A stretch of DNA of 33,485 nt. It comes from a virus (lineage: Duplodnaviria > Caudoviricetes). The notes under the pieces were generated by a model. It did not search any database and was not told the origin of the DNA. It saw only the letters and a list, made by a program, of their open reading frames with translations. Positions 19,104-26,949 of the stretch are shown here, one piece after another (the first letter of the stretch is position 1; each line of letters opens with the position of its first letter). The stretch covers positions 1 to 33,485 of IMG/VR virus record IMGVR_UViG_3300020388_000007; one strand, 5' to 3'. The position numbers and the translations under genes are program-made.

Positions 19104-19550
19104 ATGGCAATAACTAGAATCACAACTCCAAGTTTTGAAGCATCAACAAGTTCACAAACTGTAAGTGATGCAACTTTAACTAAAATAACTTTAGCAACAG
19201 AAACTTTTGATACTGATAGTTGCTATGACACCTCTACTTATAGGTTTACTCCAACTATTGCTGGTAGATATTTTGTTTATACACAAGCATTTTTTGAAGA
19301 AACAGCAAATTTTAATAGATTGTTTAATACAACTATTAGAATCCGTAAAAATGGTAGTGATATCACTAATGGAATTTTAAGTTTTGTTTCTAATAATTCT
19401 TCATATTCTTCTGCTCAATCTATGAACTTTACTTGTACTGTATCTATGAATGGTTCTTCTGATTATGTAGAATCTTTTGGTTATGTTGATGTTAGTTCAG
19501 GAACACCATTAATAAAAAATGCAATATTCGGATCATATAAATTAATTTAA
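19104..19550 (+). CDS. C1q/TNF-like domain tail protein (paralogue 4)
   Basis: TTPSF...FDTDSCYD...YRFTPTIAGRYF...MNGSSDYVES...FGSYKL. Confidence 0.7.
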   Translation: MAITRITTPSFEASTSSQTVSDATLTKITLATETFDTDSCYDTSTYRFTPTIAGRYFVYTQAFFEETANFNRLFNTTIRIRKNGSDITNGILSFVSNNSSYSSAQSMNFTCTVSMNGSSDYVESFGYVDVSSGTPLIKNAIFGSYKLI

Positions 19551-19568
19551 CAAAGAAAGGAAAAACAA

Positions 19569-19898
19569 ATGGCACAACTATCAACTAAAATATCTTTGTA
19601 TTGTCAGGCAAACTCTAAGACAGTTGACTTTACAAAAGATGTACTTCTTCAAGACGATTCAGATGGTAAGGGAGCATATATTAAAACTTGGAATGTTTCA
19701 GGTTTAGCTCAACCAACTGATGACCAGATTGCTTCATACGAAACTGCTGGTAATACTGAAGAAGCTAACAATGTTGTCAGAGCTACAAGAAGAACAGCTT
19801 ATGGTGATATTGGCGATCAGCTTGATGAGATCTATAAAGACATAGATGCTTGGTCAGCTAGAATTGCACAAGTTAAAGCAGATAATCCAAAGGAGTAG
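19569..19898 (+). CDS. XkdW-like / tail fibre assembly protein
   Basis: LQDDSDGKGAYIKTWNV...QPT and RRTAYGDIGDQLDEIY...VKADNPKE; SD AAGGA. Confidence 0.65.
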   Translation: MAQLSTKISLYCQANSKTVDFTKDVLLQDDSDGKGAYIKTWNVSGLAQPTDDQIASYETAGNTEEANNVVRATRRTAYGDIGDQLDEIYKDIDAWSARIAQVKADNPKE

Positions 19899-19901
19899 AC
19901 C

Positions 19902-19940
19902 ATGTGTGAATACTGTAATGGCGAATGTGTTTGTAGGTAA
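19902..19940 (+). CDS. 12-aa Cys-rich mini-ORF MCEYCNGECVCR (not in ORF track)
   Basis: SD AGGAG at 19891-19895, ATG at 19902, and its TAA overlaps the next ATG (TAATG at 19938-19942). Confidence 0.55.
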   Translation: MCEYCNGECVCR

Positions 19941-20305
19941 TGCCTAGTCTTTCAGATAAAACTGAAATAGGCTTACCTCTTAAGAATTTACTAGGATTAT
20001 TAGGTGTTACTGCAACTGCAGTATGGGCATATTTTGGTGTCATTGAAAGACTTAATAATATAGAAACTAGAGCTACTTTATTTGAAGCTGATCTGGTAAA
20101 GAATGCAGATCAAACTCCTATAGATCAGGAACAGTTTATGCTTCTAGAATTTGTATCAGAACAAGTAGAAGGTATGTCTGAAGATCTAGAAAACATGGCA
20201 CATAATAAGGTTAATATTATGAGATTACAAACTGATGTAGAGAAAGCCCTGGAAGATATAGAAGAACTAAAAGATAAAGTAAGAGCAAACGGATATGATA
20301 ACTAA
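19940..20305 (+). CDS. Membrane-anchored coiled-coil protein
   Basis: N-terminal hydrophobic segment LLGLLGVTATAVWAYFGVI followed by a heptad-rich region. Confidence 0.7.
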   Translation: MPSLSDKTEIGLPLKNLLGLLGVTATAVWAYFGVIERLNNIETRATLFEADLVKNADQTPIDQEQFMLLEFVSEQVEGMSEDLENMAHNKVNIMRLQTDVEKALEDIEELKDKVRANGYDN

Positions 20306-20510
20306 GGTAATTATAGCATTACTACTATTCTCTGGTGATACTATGATTGAACATACTGTTACTGATGGTGTTAAAGATTGTCTTGAAAAGAAACGAATGA
20401 TTGAAAGAGGTATATCAGATACAGCTAGAGTATCTTGTGTTAAAGTAGAAGCACAGATAGAAGTTATAGAAGGTGTTGAATTTATAAGATCATTGAGTAA
20501 AATAAACTAA
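20295..20510 (+). CDS. Small protein with hydrophobic N-terminus and two Cys
   Basis: 71 aa, overlapping its neighbours in the operon. Confidence 0.65.
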   Translation: MITKVIIALLLFSGDTMIEHTVTDGVKDCLEKKRMIERGISDTARVSCVKVEAQIEVIEGVEFIRSLSKIN

Positions 20511-20773
20511 TGACTGAAACAGAAAAAGAAATAAACAAACTGCGTAAAGAAGCTAAGTCTAATAAAAGACAAAGCAATAAGTTACAAAAGATAATTGATG
20601 AACAAGAAGTATTTATTACATACTTATCTAAAAAGATTCTAAGACTAACTGAGGAAGAAGAAATGAATATGCATCTAACAACTGAACTAAACAAGTTTAA
20701 AAATCTCAATCTATCTGAGAAAATAGAAACTATGGATTCTGTCAATGCCAAGCCAGTCGGAGAAAATAAATAA
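20510..20773 (+). CDS. Hypothetical coiled-coil protein
   Basis: 87 aa, TAATG-coupled. Confidence 0.6.
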   Translation: MTETEKEINKLRKEAKSNKRQSNKLQKIIDEQEVFITYLSKKILRLTEEEEMNMHLTTELNKFKNLNLSEKIETMDSVNAKPVGENK

Positions 20774-20939
20774 ACTAGATAAAGATATCCTACTAATTAA
20801 AAAGGATATCGATATCATTAAGTCTAACCATCTTAAACATATAGAAACTGATATCTCTATGATTAAGAAAGTTATGTGGACTGTAGGATTTTTAGTATTC
20901 TCTAACTTACTAGCCATCATAATGACACAAATAAAGTGA
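20745..20939 (+). CDS. Small membrane protein (coiled coil plus C-terminal TM)
   Basis: IKSNHLKHIE motif then hydrophobic VMWTVGFLVFSNLLAII. Confidence 0.65.
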   Translation: MPSQSEKINKLDKDILLIKKDIDIIKSNHLKHIETDISMIKKVMWTVGFLVFSNLLAIIMTQIK

Positions 20940-21142
20940 AGATTTACTTAATCATTTTATTCTGTGTACAATCACTAAGCTCCCCATTAGAAGAAAGTTG
21001 TGTTGCAGAACCTCTATATGAACCCTTTAATAATATACCAGATTGCCTTGCATATGTGGATAACTTTAGATACAGTTTAAGAAATAACGAGGATTTGTAT
21101 GTAACAGGATTCTGTACACAAAAAGATTATGATGCCGTTTGA
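20936..21142 (+). CDS. Small Cys-containing protein with hydrophobic N-terminus
   Basis: GTG start overlapping the previous stop; four spaced Cys. Confidence 0.6.
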   Translation: MKIYLIILFCVQSLSSPLEESCVAEPLYEPFNNIPDCLAYVDNFRYSLRNNEDLYVTGFCTQKDYDAV

Positions 21143-21557
21143 AGAACTAAAAGAAAGAATTAAAGAACACGAAGGCTATAGACTAGATGTTTATAAGTGC
21201 AGTGAAGGATTTGATACTGGTGGGTATGGTCATAAAATAATTGAAGGTGAAGATATACCTACTACAAGAGAAGGATGGGATACATTGTTTGAACAAGATT
21301 TCCAAACTGCTTGTGAAGGTGCTGACAATATAGTCGGTGATTATGATATAGATACTACTGCAAAAGAAGTAGTCATAGAAATGGTTTATCAAATGGGTGA
21401 AGGTGGTGTATCTAAATTTAAAGGTATGCTATCTGCTCTTAAAGAAGCTAGGTATACTGATGCATCAGATGAAATGATTGATTCTCTTTGGTATCGTCAA
21501 ACACCAAACAGAGCATCAGATCTAGCATTAACAATGAGGGAAATAGATGTTGCTTAA
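21129..21557 (+). CDS. Endolysin, glycoside hydrolase family 24 (T4 lysozyme-like)
   Basis: HEGYRLDVYKCSEGFDTGGYGH, EMVYQMG, and EMIDSLWYRQTPNRA matching the T4L SRWYNQTPNRA motif. Confidence 0.9.
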   Translation: MMPFEELKERIKEHEGYRLDVYKCSEGFDTGGYGHKIIEGEDIPTTREGWDTLFEQDFQTACEGADNIVGDYDIDTTAKEVVIEMVYQMGEGGVSKFKGMLSALKEARYTDASDEMIDSLWYRQTPNRASDLALTMREIDVA

Positions 21558-21927
21558 TATGTTAGGACCTATTGCTGGTGCTGTATTCAAGACTATAGAC
21601 AAAGTAGTAGACAATAAAGGTGAAGCTGAGAAGCTCAAAGCCAAAGTCCAGGAGAAGATTATATCTGGTGAACTAGCAGAACTAGAAGGTGCTGCTAAAA
21701 TTATACAAACAGAAGCACAAGGTGGATTTCTACAGAGGAACTGGCGACCAATTATGATGTTAGTCTTTGCTGGTTTGATGGTAGCTCATTGGTTCGGTTT
21801 TACTGCACCCAATATTCCAGAATCTGTACAAAATTCTTTACTCAATATTATCTTAGTTGGCATAGGAGGATACACTATTGGTAGATCAGGTGAAAAAATC
21901 GCAGACAGATTTAAAAAAGACAAATAG
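21547..21927 (+). CDS. Holin (3TM, GTA-holin-like family)
   Basis: EAQGGFLQRNWRP motif, hydrophobic helices and GGYTIGRSGEK; adjacent to the lysozyme. Confidence 0.8.
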   Translation: MLLNMLGPIAGAVFKTIDKVVDNKGEAEKLKAKVQEKIISGELAELEGAAKIIQTEAQGGFLQRNWRPIMMLVFAGLMVAHWFGFTAPNIPESVQNSLLNIILVGIGGYTIGRSGEKIADRFKKDK

Positions 21928-21979
21928 ATCATACAAGAAGAAATTAACTACCCCACCCACAGTCCTTAAAACGGGAAAA

Positions 21980-22681
21980 ATGGATAAGATTCTGGTCATT
22001 TCTGACCTTCACATCCCATATCACCATCCTGACAGCTTTCGCTTCTTAAATAAGTTAAAAAACAGATATGACTGGGATAAGGTCATCAATATCGGTGATG
22101 AGATGGATTGGCATAGCATTAATGTAAGCCATGTTATTAACCCAGATCTACCTTCGGCAGCTGATGAACTTGAAGTAGGTAAGTTTTGGATTAAGAAGTT
22201 AGAGAAGATGTATCCTGATATGATCTTACTAGAATCTAATCATGGATCTATGGTACTACGCAGAGCCATGGCTAAAGGGATGTCTAAGTTCTTTTTAAAA
22301 GATTATAATGAAATACTAGATGTATCATCTCGGTGGAAGTGGAAAGAATATCATTGGGAAAATAATACACTCGGTAGGATATACTTTGCACATCAAGTAT
22401 CTAAGAATATTGTTAAGTCAGTACAACTGATGTCTGCTTCGGTATGCCAAGGGCATTATCACACGCAGTCAAATATAGAGTATGTTGGTAATGACTTTCA
22501 TTTAAACTGGGGTATGTCAGTAGGTTGTCTTGTAAATAAACAATCATTAGCTATGGCATATATGAAGATCAATGTAGCTAAACCAATACTATCTTGTGGT
22601 TGTATCATTAATGGTGTACCATACTTAATACCAATGTTATTAAGGAAGGATGGTTCTTGGGATGGGCAGATATACATTTAA
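21980..22681 (+). CDS. Calcineurin-like metallophosphoesterase
   Basis: ISDLH, IGDEMD, SNH, AH and GHYH motifs; probable start is ATG 21980. Confidence 0.85.
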   Translation: MDKILVISDLHIPYHHPDSFRFLNKLKNRYDWDKVINIGDEMDWHSINVSHVINPDLPSAADELEVGKFWIKKLEKMYPDMILLESNHGSMVLRRAMAKGMSKFFLKDYNEILDVSSRWKWKEYHWENNTLGRIYFAHQVSKNIVKSVQLMSASVCQGHYHTQSNIEYVGNDFHLNWGMSVGCLVNKQSLAMAYMKINVAKPILSCGCIINGVPYLIPMLLRKDGSWDGQIYI

Positions 22682-22949
22682 AGATAAAAAATATTTTAAT
22701 AAAATAATTGAACATGGATGTTGTGTACCTGGATGTACATCAAACACTCCTATGAATGTTCATCACTTACGAGGATCACAAGTACAATTTAAAAGATCTA
22801 ATCATCTTGTAGTACCATTATGTTTTGAACATCATTCAGAACTAACATGGGGTAAACATAAACCAGAGTTTAAGTTTTGGGATTACTATGACTTTGATGC
22901 CTTAGAATATGCTAGTGAATTGTATGACCAGTACTCTCAACAACATTAA
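22662..22949 (+). CDS. Zn-binding HNH-like nuclease (Ref/DUF968-like)
   Basis: GCCVPGC...VHHLR...VVPLCFEHH pattern. Confidence 0.7.
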   Translation: MGRYTFKDKKYFNKIIEHGCCVPGCTSNTPMNVHHLRGSQVQFKRSNHLVVPLCFEHHSELTWGKHKPEFKFWDYYDFDALEYASELYDQYSQQH

Positions 22950-23133
22950 TACTCTTTACTTTTTTCATTATAGATTTACCAATGTTCTTAGATTCTTTTT
23001 CTCCTGTTAGATACATAGCAGTAACAGCATATGCACAGAAGATTGTTTCATCATCATATCCGAACTGAGTTAGATACTTAGTATAATCAGTTAAGGTTTC
23101 TATTAGCTCATCAAGTTGAGATTTTAATACCAT
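22912..23133 (-). CDS. Hypothetical protein, probably leaderless transcript
   Basis: 73-aa ORF with a promoter-like sequence ending 6 nt before the ATG. Confidence 0.6.
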   Translation of the reverse strand: MVLKSQLDELIETLTDYTKYLTQFGYDDETIFCAYAVTAMYLTGEKESKNIGKSIMKKVKSINVVESTGHTIH

Positions 23134-23139
23134 GTAGTA

Positions 23140-23168
23140 TATATATGGCTTTGTTTATAACATGTCAA
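23140..23168 (-). promoter_or_regulatory. Putative sigma70 promoter
   Basis: Minus strand TTGACA-N17-TATATA-N6-ATG. Confidence 0.6.
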
Positions 23169-23169
23169 T

Positions 23170-23413
23170 TCATGTACCTGGAATAATTTAATGGCTTTTC
23201 CAGGATGACCTTATTGCTTCGCCCTTACACACCAACCATATAACACTACATATTCCCCAACAACCTAGCTAGGTGAAGGTTCTACCTTACATAACGCAGA
23301 GGAAACTTTCTGTGTAGGCGTGTAGCCACCAGCTTTTGCCTTACATATAACCTCTGGCTCAATGCTTTACGCTCACTACCTAATGTCTTTCCTACACAGT
23401 TCCATATGGAAAC
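23170..23413. ncRNA. Candidate structured non-coding element
   Basis: Stems CTGTGTAGG/CCTACACAG and CCTGGAA/TTCCAGG, two perfect 12-bp palindromes, three CCTTACA repeats; no convincing ORF. Confidence 0.35.
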
Positions 23414-23743
23414 TTATCTATCTCTACTGATCTCACTAAAAGCATTTGTTTCTTTATGTATAAAATATAACATATGCCATACTGCTATATCATATGGTTT
23501 ACGAGCAGTTTTGCAGAAAGTAAGTTCATTATCTTTTTTGTATTTATTAATAACAAATGTTTCATGGTCTAAATCATGTTTAGATAAACCATTAAAGATA
23601 ATAACATTATCATGGTCTATATAAGTAGATTCTATAATATGGGGTTCTAAAATATCTGAAATATAACTATATTCTTCTAAAACTTTTAACCATTCTTTAT
23701 CAGTAAAATCATTTGTATGTGTCCAATAATTTGTATACCCCAT
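23414..23743 (-). CDS. Hypothetical phage protein
   Basis: MGYTNYW...FNG...HETF...FCKTARKPYD motif pattern; operonic with ssb. Confidence 0.75.
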   Translation of the reverse strand: MGYTNYWTHTNDFTDKEWLKVLEEYSYISDILEPHIIESTYIDHDNVIIFNGLSKHDLDHETFVINKYKKDNELTFCKTARKPYDIAVWHMLYFIHKETNAFSEISRDR

Positions 23744-23746
23744 TAT

Positions 23747-24160
23747 TTAAAATGGGATATCTGGAATATCATCATCAGGTAGTGCATCTTTATTGACAGA
23801 TTCAATAGATTTATCTTGCTTACCACCTAACATCTTCATAATACCAGAGTATCTAGGTATTAGAATTGATGTATTATATTTCTTGTTACCACTACTGTCT
23901 GTATACTGTGATACATCTATCTGACCTTCAAGGTATAATAATGTACCTTTAGTTACATAGTCTTTAATAGTCTTAGAAAGATTAGGATCAAATGTAACTA
24001 CTTTATGCCAAGTAGTTTTGTCTTTCATTTGTTGTGTATCTTTATCTCTTACTTTTTCAGTAGTAGCTACAGACATTGTAGCCATCAATGTACCACTTTT
24101 AAGTGTTTTGATTTCTGGATCTGTACCAGTTCTACCTACAAGTATTACTTTATTTATCAT
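23747..24160 (-). CDS. ssb: Single-stranded DNA-binding protein
   Basis: INKVILVGRTGTDPE, TTWHKVV and KGTLLYLEGQI motifs; acidic DDIPDIPF tail. Confidence 0.95.
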   Translation of the reverse strand: MINKVILVGRTGTDPEIKTLKSGTLMATMSVATTEKVRDKDTQQMKDKTTWHKVVTFDPNLSKTIKDYVTKGTLLYLEGQIDVSQYTDSSGNKKYNTSILIPRYSGIMKMLGGKQDKSIESVNKDALPDDDIPDIPF

Positions 24161-24650
24161 TAGTTAGTACCTCCTGTACTTTTGATTTATCTACATTACC
24201 TTTGTATTTTTCTTCAAGCTGTTTCACATATTTGTTTGAATCAAACATACCCATGAATACATCAGCATTGAATCCTAAATGTGATAGTGCTTTTGTTAGT
24301 GCATCTGTTAATGCTTTCTTTGGTGCATCATCATCTACCCTACCTTTACCATCTACTAACAAGTTACAACCTCTTACTGGTCCGTATGCCATCTCTGGTT
24401 TACCAACCCATATAACTACATCAGCAAATTGAAATGCTTTGTTGTCATGTGTTAGAGTATCATACTTGACACTATACCCCCAACCAGTACCAACTGGTCC
24501 GAAGATCTCTGTAGCTCGTCTGATTTGATAGTGAGCATCAATAGAAGTAAAACTCCTAGCTCCAAAGGATACTTTTTTAGTAAACCTCGGATCAGTTTCT
24601 TTAGCTTCATCCCATATATTAAGATTTTGAGTTTTAGTATTGTCATCCAT
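24150..24650 (-). CDS. Rad52/Sak-like single-strand annealing protein
   Basis: ATEIFGPVGTGWG and KKALTDALTKALSHLGFNADVF motifs; located between exonuclease and SSB. Confidence 0.75.
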   Translation of the reverse strand: MDDNTKTQNLNIWDEAKETDPRFTKKVSFGARSFTSIDAHYQIRRATEIFGPVGTGWGYSVKYDTLTHDNKAFQFADVVIWVGKPEMAYGPVRGCNLLVDGKGRVDDDAPKKALTDALTKALSHLGFNADVFMGMFDSNKYVKQLEEKYKGNVDKSKVQEVLTNDK

Positions 24651-25247
24651 TTATATTACCTCCTCAATAGATTGAAAATCAACATAGTCATCTGGAGCAA
24701 CATCCTTCTCCACATGTAATGTCCAGAACTGATGTTCTGCATTCAGCAACTTCCTCTGAAATTTTTTGTCTTGTGAAACAATAAATGCTTTCCATCTTAC
24801 ATTACCAAATATTACTGATAACCATGCTTTAGTTTTGTTAGCTACCATCATGTAATGCTGTACTTGAGCATAATATTTTTCAAGTATTGTATCATCTTTA
24901 GTCATCATATTAGTATGTTTAGCTTCAAAGATACCCATAGTCTTGAGATCTTGATTCAAAACAAAACCATCTACATTAGCTAACATAAATGGATAGTCTT
25001 TATGTACTAATGTATGATCTATTTCTTGAACTGGAAAATCGGTATGTGCTGTAAACCATTCACGATTGAATGATTCAGTATAAATACCAAGCTGTACTGG
25101 TAATATAAAAGATAAATCTTCTTGTTCTGATGTACCTTTTTTTATTTCATATAGTTCTTTCCACTTACCAGCTGCTAGATAAGTAGCATCACTCCCTCCG
25201 ATCCCTGAGTTTCTGTCTATAACGCTCTTTTGATTCTGTATATTCAT
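24651..25247 (-). CDS. YqaJ-like (lambda exonuclease family) recombination exonuclease
   Basis: GIGGSDA, LANVDG, FEAKH and YYAQVQHYM motifs. Confidence 0.9.
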   Translation of the reverse strand: MNIQNQKSVIDRNSGIGGSDATYLAAGKWKELYEIKKGTSEQEDLSFILPVQLGIYTESFNREWFTAHTDFPVQEIDHTLVHKDYPFMLANVDGFVLNQDLKTMGIFEAKHTNMMTKDDTILEKYYAQVQHYMMVANKTKAWLSVIFGNVRWKAFIVSQDKKFQRKLLNAEHQFWTLHVEKDVAPDDYVDFQSIEEVI

Positions 25248-25512
25248 TGACCTTCCTCTCTACAATGTTTTCAATGTCAGTTTTTTTCTTCCATAGTGCA
25301 TCAGCTAATCTCTTAGCAGATGGATCTCCGTCTATTAAACCTACTCTTAGTTTGTATTCTATCTCACGATCAAACCAAACTCTAGCTAAATAGCATACTT
25401 TTTTTATCCACCATCTCTTTCTTTGTACTGGATCTGAAAGATTATACTTGACTGTTTTTTTCTTTAGTCTTTTATTTCTTACAAATCCTTTAACTAAATC
25501 ATTTGCTGTCAT
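25189..25512 (-). CDS. Hypothetical basic protein
   Basis: 107-aa ORF overlapping its neighbours. Confidence 0.65.
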   Translation of the reverse strand: MTANDLVKGFVRNKRLKKKTVKYNLSDPVQRKRWWIKKVCYLARVWFDREIEYKLRVGLIDGDPSAKRLADALWKKKTDIENIVERKVNEYTESKERYRQKLRDRRE

Positions 25513-25714
25513 ACTGATTTATTAATCTATCTATATACCAACGAGCTTTCTTTAGATCTTGTGTTGGTTTATCAGGGTACTTGTGTCTGTTTCTTATTAC
25601 ATACTTGATGATGTTTGCTTCGTGATGATTCAATTTAAATTGTTCTATAACATCTATAACTTGAATCGCTGGTCCAATGTAATAGCCTGGATCAATGGGA
25701 TTTATTTTCTTCAT
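25499..25714 (-). CDS. DUF3310 protein (T7 gp1.7-like nucleotide kinase family)
   Basis: IQVIDVIE...ANIIKYVIR...DLKKARWYIDRLI; SD GGAGG. Confidence 0.85.
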   Translation of the reverse strand: MKKINPIDPGYYIGPAIQVIDVIEQFKLNHHEANIIKYVIRNRHKYPDKPTQDLKKARWYIDRLINQYDSK

Positions 25715-25853
25715 TATTCCTCCTGTTGTAACATTTAATACATGTGTATTCTCTGTAGTCTATCATCATAGCTTTAGTCCATTTCTTTTTACAGACAATA
25801 CATCTTTCTAATACTAACATATGTTGTGGTACGACACCTCTTTTTTTTCCCAT
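25692..25853 (-). CDS. Small zinc-finger protein
   Basis: CIVC...CIKC. Start placed at ATG 25853 because the upstream region is a hairpin. Confidence 0.55.
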   Translation of the reverse strand: MGKKRGVVPQHMLVLERCIVCKKKWTKAMMIDYREYTCIKCYNRRNNEENKSH

Positions 25854-25867
25854 AATGTTTATGTGTT

Positions 25868-25921
25868 GAGGGCAACCATGCGGAGGAAGGAGATCATATA
25901 CTATGAAGTTCGATTGCCCTC
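25868..25921 (-). ncRNA. Hairpin with anti-RBS/anti-start loop (candidate antisense regulator)
   Basis: Stem GAGGGCAAUCG/UGGUUGCCCUC with a 32-nt loop containing CAUAGUAUAUGAUCUCCUUCCUCC. Confidence 0.5.
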
Positions 25922-25930
25922 TATCTTGTT

Positions 25931-26725
25931 TTAGTGAAACCACCGACAGTTTGCAACCTTTCTTTCACGATCATATCTAGTATTAACTGAATCACTTGGG
26001 TAGTGTGTACTCCAATGTGTGATAGCTTGGTATGCACTAAACTTGTTCTCACCAAATTCTCTAGCATAGTTCTGATCATACTGATCTTGTATGTATCTCT
26101 TATGTTGTTGATTTACATGACTTTTATCAGTCCTTGTAGGTTGTAAGCATAGCTTATCTACTTCATAACTGAACTCACCATAGTTTACATCTTCTGCAAT
26201 CCAGTTCTCCATACTGTTCTTAACAGTCTTAAGTCTATCGATTGCATCATACTGATTAGGTATTTGTAGTTTGATATCTCTAGTACCTTTGTGTTGTGAA
26301 GATAAAGATAAATCCCATAAAGGATTTCTCATACCATTCATACATAGCCATAGATAGAAACCTAAATCAAACTTGAATGATCTCATACCATTGTAGCTGT
26401 TCCACATCACAGCTTCTAAAGATATCTGTGTATCTCTAAATGGTATTACATATTCTGGTAGTGTAAATCTAGTAGCCATTACTGCACCATTGTTAGAATG
26501 TCTGTGTTCTTCTTCCATACCATTAGTATTGAAGTTATCTTGTAAGAACTCATATGACATTTCATATGCATCATTGTGAGTAATAACTCTGTATGTATCT
26601 TTGTGTACAGCAATCAACTGGTTGTTTGTATCGTGTACTAATTGTTTGTATCCATCAATCTTAGATCCGTGTTGATTGTATACATCTTCCTGACGTACAG
26701 GAAACTCTAGTTCTGTTGGTAGCAT
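25931..26725 (-). CDS. DUF932/DUF945-like protein
   Basis: YRVITHND, WNSYNG...LWLCMNGM and NKFSAYQAITHWSTH motifs; SD AGGAG. Confidence 0.75.
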   Translation of the reverse strand: MLPTELEFPVRQEDVYNQHGSKIDGYKQLVHDTNNQLIAVHKDTYRVITHNDAYEMSYEFLQDNFNTNGMEEEHRHSNNGAVMATRFTLPEYVIPFRDTQISLEAVMWNSYNGMRSFKFDLGFYLWLCMNGMRNPLWDLSLSSQHKGTRDIKLQIPNQYDAIDRLKTVKNSMENWIAEDVNYGEFSYEVDKLCLQPTRTDKSHVNQQHKRYIQDQYDQNYAREFGENKFSAYQAITHWSTHYPSDSVNTRYDRERKVANCRWFH

Positions 26726-26733
26726 AGCTCCTC

Positions 26734-26949
26734 CTATTCAACTGTTATAATTATCTCATCTCTATCTGAGTAAGTAGTTCCTTCAAACTCAATAAGAATA
26801 CTTGATATCTTTTTAAACTCATGTTTCTTGAACTCTCCCTCTTCAGATGTTCCATGATATACTCTAGATGCAAACTTAATATTTGCATTAGGTGATATCC
26901 TATTTACTTTACACATTAGATCTTTAAACATTTCTGCATTACACTTCAT
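26734..26949 (-). CDS. Hypothetical protein
   Basis: ATG 26949 has an AAGGA SD; the ORF-track start 26967 has none. Confidence 0.55.
   Translation of the reverse strand: MKCNAEMFKDLMCKVNRISPNANIKFASRVYHGTSEEGEFKKHEFKKISSILIEFEGTTYSDRDEIIITVE

Noticed and set aside
17515-19550. Diversity-generating retroelement acting on the tail paralogues
   Set aside because: There is no reverse transcriptase, and I saw no template/variable repeat pair differing only at adenines. The similarity is at protein level.
25854-25943. N-terminal extension of the zinc-finger ORF
   Set aside because: It traverses the hairpin element and is better explained as non-coding, though not excluded.
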